Virus record (IMG/VR): IMGVR_UViG_3300011339_000561 | Location: 1 to 37,551 of that record | Reading direction: 5' to 3' (one strand) | From: a virus | Lineage: Duplodnaviria; Caudoviricetes | Length of the DNA: 37,551 nt | Shown here: piece after piece, positions 34,811 to 37,551 of the stretch | How the letters are laid out: each line of letters begins with the position of its first letter | Position numbering within the stretch: position 1 is the first letter of the stretch | Position numbers and translations under genes: made by a program | Notes under the pieces: model-generated | The model's database searches: none | The model's input: only the letters and a program-made list of their open reading frames with translations | Told to the model about the DNA's origin: nothing

Positions 34811-35523
34811 CAATAGTTACCAGCATAGATGTTGAAACGCTGGCGGTTTGCCACCAATGCGTAAGGCAGTGCCATCACATCGTCAGGATTGTTGATGCGC
34901 TTCAAATCACGCTTAGAAGTCATGGCGATGCGCTGCACTTGTGGGCTTGGCTCAACGCCAAACTCAGGAGCAATTTCCATGGCCAAGTTGTACGTAAAAG
35001 CACGTAAATAACCAGGCGGGTAATACAAAACCGTAGACAAGTTGGCAGGGTTGTTCAGTTCTTCAACCGAAATAAAGTGCCATTCCAAATCCTGCGTAGG
35101 ACGAGGATAAACGTACATCTCAATATCAGGAAACGTCATGTTGATGAACATGACTTGAGGATATGTGGAGGTTACGTTTTTAACCGCAATACCATCGTAC
35201 TGCTGTTGATTGATAAATTTGATGCCGTACGACACGCCGTTGGGCGCTTTGAAGTAGGTTGCGTCATCTAGCAAGATGGGGCGGTTGCCTACAAAGTCAC
35301 CCGATGGGCCAAGGGTGCGGCTGATAAGACTCGCAGGCCATGTAAAGACCTGATCTTGCGTGGAGAACACTGACAACCGCTCGGTATTCCACGAGTCAAT
35401 CATCTGATTTAGCGCCATCAACGCATCTTGAGAAGTAGCCGCAGAGGGCGTTTCACCTTCGGCAAGCACGCCAAAAAGCCGAAGCGCCCGATTGATCTGT
35501 TCGCCAGCGGTGTACGTTGTCAT
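34810..35523 (-). CDS. Head-to-tail adaptor (P22 gp4-like)
   Basis: INRALRLFGVLAEGETP...ALNQMIDSW...YNLAMEIAPEFG. Confidence 0.8.
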   Translation of the reverse strand: MTTYTAGEQINRALRLFGVLAEGETPSAATSQDALMALNQMIDSWNTERLSVFSTQDQVFTWPASLISRTLGPSGDFVGNRPILLDDATYFKAPNGVSYGIKFINQQQYDGIAVKNVTSTYPQVMFINMTFPDIEMYVYPRPTQDLEWHFISVEELNNPANLSTVLYYPPGYLRAFTYNLAMEIAPEFGVEPSPQVQRIAMTSKRDLKRINNPDDVMALPYALVANRQRFNIYAGNY

Positions 35524-35525
35524 GC

Positions 35526-35711
35526 TTAGACCTCTTCAGTAGTCACTTTTCTACGGCGCTTAACTTCCAGCACGTTCACAGGAGCCGCTTCAGGTTCAGA
35601 AGGCGTATCTGGATTATAGCGAGTCCAGCCGTTTTGTTCATCCATTTCGGCTTCAAGTTCCATTGTGGCAACTTTAGCACCGTGAATAGGGTGGATTAGC
35701 GTAAGGTTCAT
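35526..35711 (-). CDS. Hypothetical protein (61 aa)
   Basis: HPIHGAKVA...GW, basic tail. Lies in the operon. Confidence 0.6.
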   Translation of the reverse strand: MNLTLIHPIHGAKVATMELEAEMDEQNGWTRYNPDTPSEPEAAPVNVLEVKRRRKVTTEEV

Positions 35712-35718
35712 AGTTTAA

Positions 35719-35743
35719 AAATGGGGGTGATTAACCCCCATTT
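35719..35743 (-). terminator. Stem-loop/terminator
   Basis: AAATGGGGG-tgattaa-CCCCCATTT. Confidence 0.6.
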
Positions 35744-35746
35744 GGT

Positions 35747-36157
35747 TTACTGATTGTGGATCAATGCAAAGTTGACAACAACAGCTTCTGACAAAGAACC
35801 GCCAGAAATGTTGCGCAAAGTGATAGAGGCCGAGCCTGCGCCCAAACCAGACACCCAGCAGTTATAAGCACCGGCAGTAGCGCCAGAACCCACGTTCAAA
35901 ATCAAAACGTCATTTGCAGAAATAAACGAGTTGGTCAATGTGAAGGTCACATTGGTTACGCTCGCCAAAGCCGCATTGTTCATCGTGATTTGACCGGCAG
36001 ACTTGTTCAAGGTCACGCCAGTAGATTTACTTGTGGCTTGTGTCACAGTGCCTTGTGCGTCAGTTGTATAGCCCAATTGCTCACCGGACAACACATATTG
36101 TGAGCCGATAATGTCTTGGTCAGTATAAGCAACGCCGATTGGCTTGGTATTTGACAT
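35747..36157 (-). CDS. Putative capsid decoration/minor virion protein
   Basis: GTVTQATSKSTGVTLNKSAGQITM, AAGGA RBS, downstream of the coat. Confidence 0.6.
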   Translation of the reverse strand: MSNTKPIGVAYTDQDIIGSQYVLSGEQLGYTTDAQGTVTQATSKSTGVTLNKSAGQITMNNAALASVTNVTFTLTNSFISANDVLILNVGSGATAGAYNCWVSGLGAGSASITLRNISGGSLSEAVVVNFALIHNQ

Positions 36158-36168
36158 GATATTTCCTT

Positions 36169-36192
36169 AAAAATAGGGGCCGAAGCCCCATT
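36169..36192 (-). terminator. UUCG-loop intrinsic terminator
   Basis: Minus strand GGGGC-TTCG-GCCCC-TATTTTT. Confidence 0.75.
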
Positions 36193-36196
36193 GGGT

Positions 36197-36592
36197 TTAG
36201 GAAATGCGGTAGCAAGTCCAAGCACCGTCGCCGGTCTTGCGAGCGCGGAAGTGAGCAGACGAGGTCAAGGCAACAGCGGCAGCGCCAACAATTGTCCAGC
36301 CAGTGCCAACAGTCAGCGTAATCGCATCAGCGGCGTCAGTGTTGACGACGAAGAAGTCAAAAGCTGCGTTGGTTTTGGCGGCGCTAGAAATGCCAGCTTC
36401 CAAATCAGCAACTGTAGGCAATTGAAGATTGCCAGCAGTGCCGTTGAAAGTAAACAGACCGTTTGCCAGTTGAGCTGCGGTGGCGGTTGCGCCAGCAGTC
36501 AAAGCAGTAGGAGCGCCTTGCACGAACAATTGTGCTTCACCGACGTTACCGTCGCCTAGTTGATAACCACCTGCACCATTAGGGAGAGCCAT
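36197..36592 (-). CDS. Putative capsid decoration protein
   Basis: 131 aa, Ala/Thr-rich, right after the coat with AAAGGAA RBS. Confidence 0.65.
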   Translation of the reverse strand: MALPNGAGGYQLGDGNVGEAQLFVQGAPTALTAGATATAAQLANGLFTFNGTAGNLQLPTVADLEAGISSAAKTNAAFDFFVVNTDAADAITLTVGTGWTIVGAAAVALTSSAHFRARKTGDGAWTCYRIS

Positions 36593-36617
36593 GATAATTT
36601 CCTTTCAAAGATGTTAC

Positions 36618-36641
36618 GAAGAAAGGGGCCGAAGCCCCATT
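36618..36641 (-). terminator. UUCG-loop terminator after the coat gene
   Basis: Minus strand GGGGC-TTCG-GCCCC-TTTCTT. Confidence 0.75.
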
Positions 36642-36645
36642 CAGA

Positions 36646-37551
36646 TTAGCCCCAGATACGGCAGCCCATTTGTGGGCGAATCGCACTGTAGCCGTACAAA
36701 ACGTCGATACGGCAAGGCATACGGTCGTTGTTGATGTCGTACTGGCGAACCACACGCAAGCTGATACCGTTGTGAACGGCACGAGCAGCCATGTCAACAC
36801 CTTGTGGCAACAGCAAGTCAGCAGTTGCGAAAGTGATGGCATCTTTGTGGTAAACCAAGTTCTGAGCGTACTGGCTAGAAGCAGCACCCACGAACACGAC
36901 AGCCTTACCAGAGCCAGGCAATGCGTTCACGGTGGCCAAAGCGTTGTTAGCCGAGTAGATCGGAGCAACGGTCACAGTAGCAGTTGTAGTGGCTGTTGAA
37001 GAAGCCAAGGCTACGAACTGGAACAATGAACCAGTAGACTCACGAGTCTGTGGGTTGACAGCGTAGCAGTCAGCGATGGTGAACACGTCACCAACAGCGA
37101 TGGTTTCGCCAGAGCCAACAGTCAATGTCAAGGTAGCAGTACCTTCAGCAGTCACAGCAGCAGCAGTCACAGTGCCAGTAGCGGCGCGTGTACCAGTGGT
37201 GTGTTGCTTGATAGACTGAGACATGTTGACTTCATCAAAGCCCAACACGCCAGTGCCCATCATGCCGTTCTTAAATTGCTTGCTGATAGTGTCTGTAGGA
37301 TTGAACAGGCCTTTCATGCCTTCAACCAAGCCAGCGTTAGCAGCAGGGTTCACAGTAGCGTAACGTGGAGACATCACGGCTGCGTTCTCGTTCAGCTTCT
37401 GCTGGGCTTGCAACAAGACCAAAGAAGTAGAAGGAGTTGTGCCAGGTGTACCAACGGAGTTACCGATGTACTTGTACGCATTGGCCACGTCAGCGTCAAC
37501 AGAAGACGCCAATTGGCTGATACGAGGCTTCAAAACACGCTCTGCGAAGTC
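36646..37551 (-). CDS. Major capsid protein, P22 coat-like, 3' part
   Basis: C-terminus QNLVYHKDAITFATADL...ISLRVVRQYDINNDRMPCRIDVLYG is typical of the P22 coat family. Confidence 0.92.
   Translation of the reverse strand, partial: DFAERVLKPRISQLASSVDADVANAYKYIGNSVGTPGTTPSTSLVLLQAQQKLNENAAVMSPRYATVNPAANAGLVEGMKGLFNPTDTISKQFKNGMMGTGVLGFDEVNMSQSIKQHTTGTRAATGTVTAAAVTAEGTATLTLTVGSGETIAVGDVFTIADCYAVNPQTRESTGSLFQFVALASSTATTTATVTVAPIYSANNALATVNALPGSGKAVVFVGAASSQYAQNLVYHKDAITFATADLLLPQGVDMAARAVHNGISLRVVRQYDINNDRMPCRIDVLYGYSAIRPQMGCRIWG
37425..37551. repeat. 127-bp terminal direct repeat (identical to 1-127)
   Basis: Exact match to the first 127 bases. Confidence 0.97.

Overview
This looks like a complete, circularly assembled tailed-phage genome of 37,424 bp: bases 1-127 are repeated exactly at 37425-37551 and the junction splits the major capsid gene. 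The virion module is P22/Sf6-like podovirus and runs on the minus strand: TerS, TerL, small basic proteins, GroES-like co-chaperonin, portal, scaffold, coat, gp4/gp10-like tail proteins, needle/fibre, three ejection proteins, holin-like genes and an M15 endolysin. A replication module encodes a Prim-Pol/PriCT-2/DUF3987 primase, DUF2800 Cas4-like nuclease, DUF2815 SSB, family-B DNA polymerase, DUF3310, VRR-NUC, C5 methyltransferase and SNF2 helicase. A GC-rich early region carries many small ORFs. I saw no integrase, tRNA or CRISPR array. Most notable: (1) a translationally coupled tail fibre-sulfotransferase-APS kinase-tailspike cassette between portal and scaffold; (2) a tailspike split by one in-frame TAA; (3) a DNA methyltransferase frameshifted at an (AG)7 tract, possibly phase-variable; (4) a repeat-dense control/origin-like region at 11480-12210; (5) a recurrent GTAAC-repeat leader before early genes. 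Family assignments come from motif recognition by eye, not database searches.
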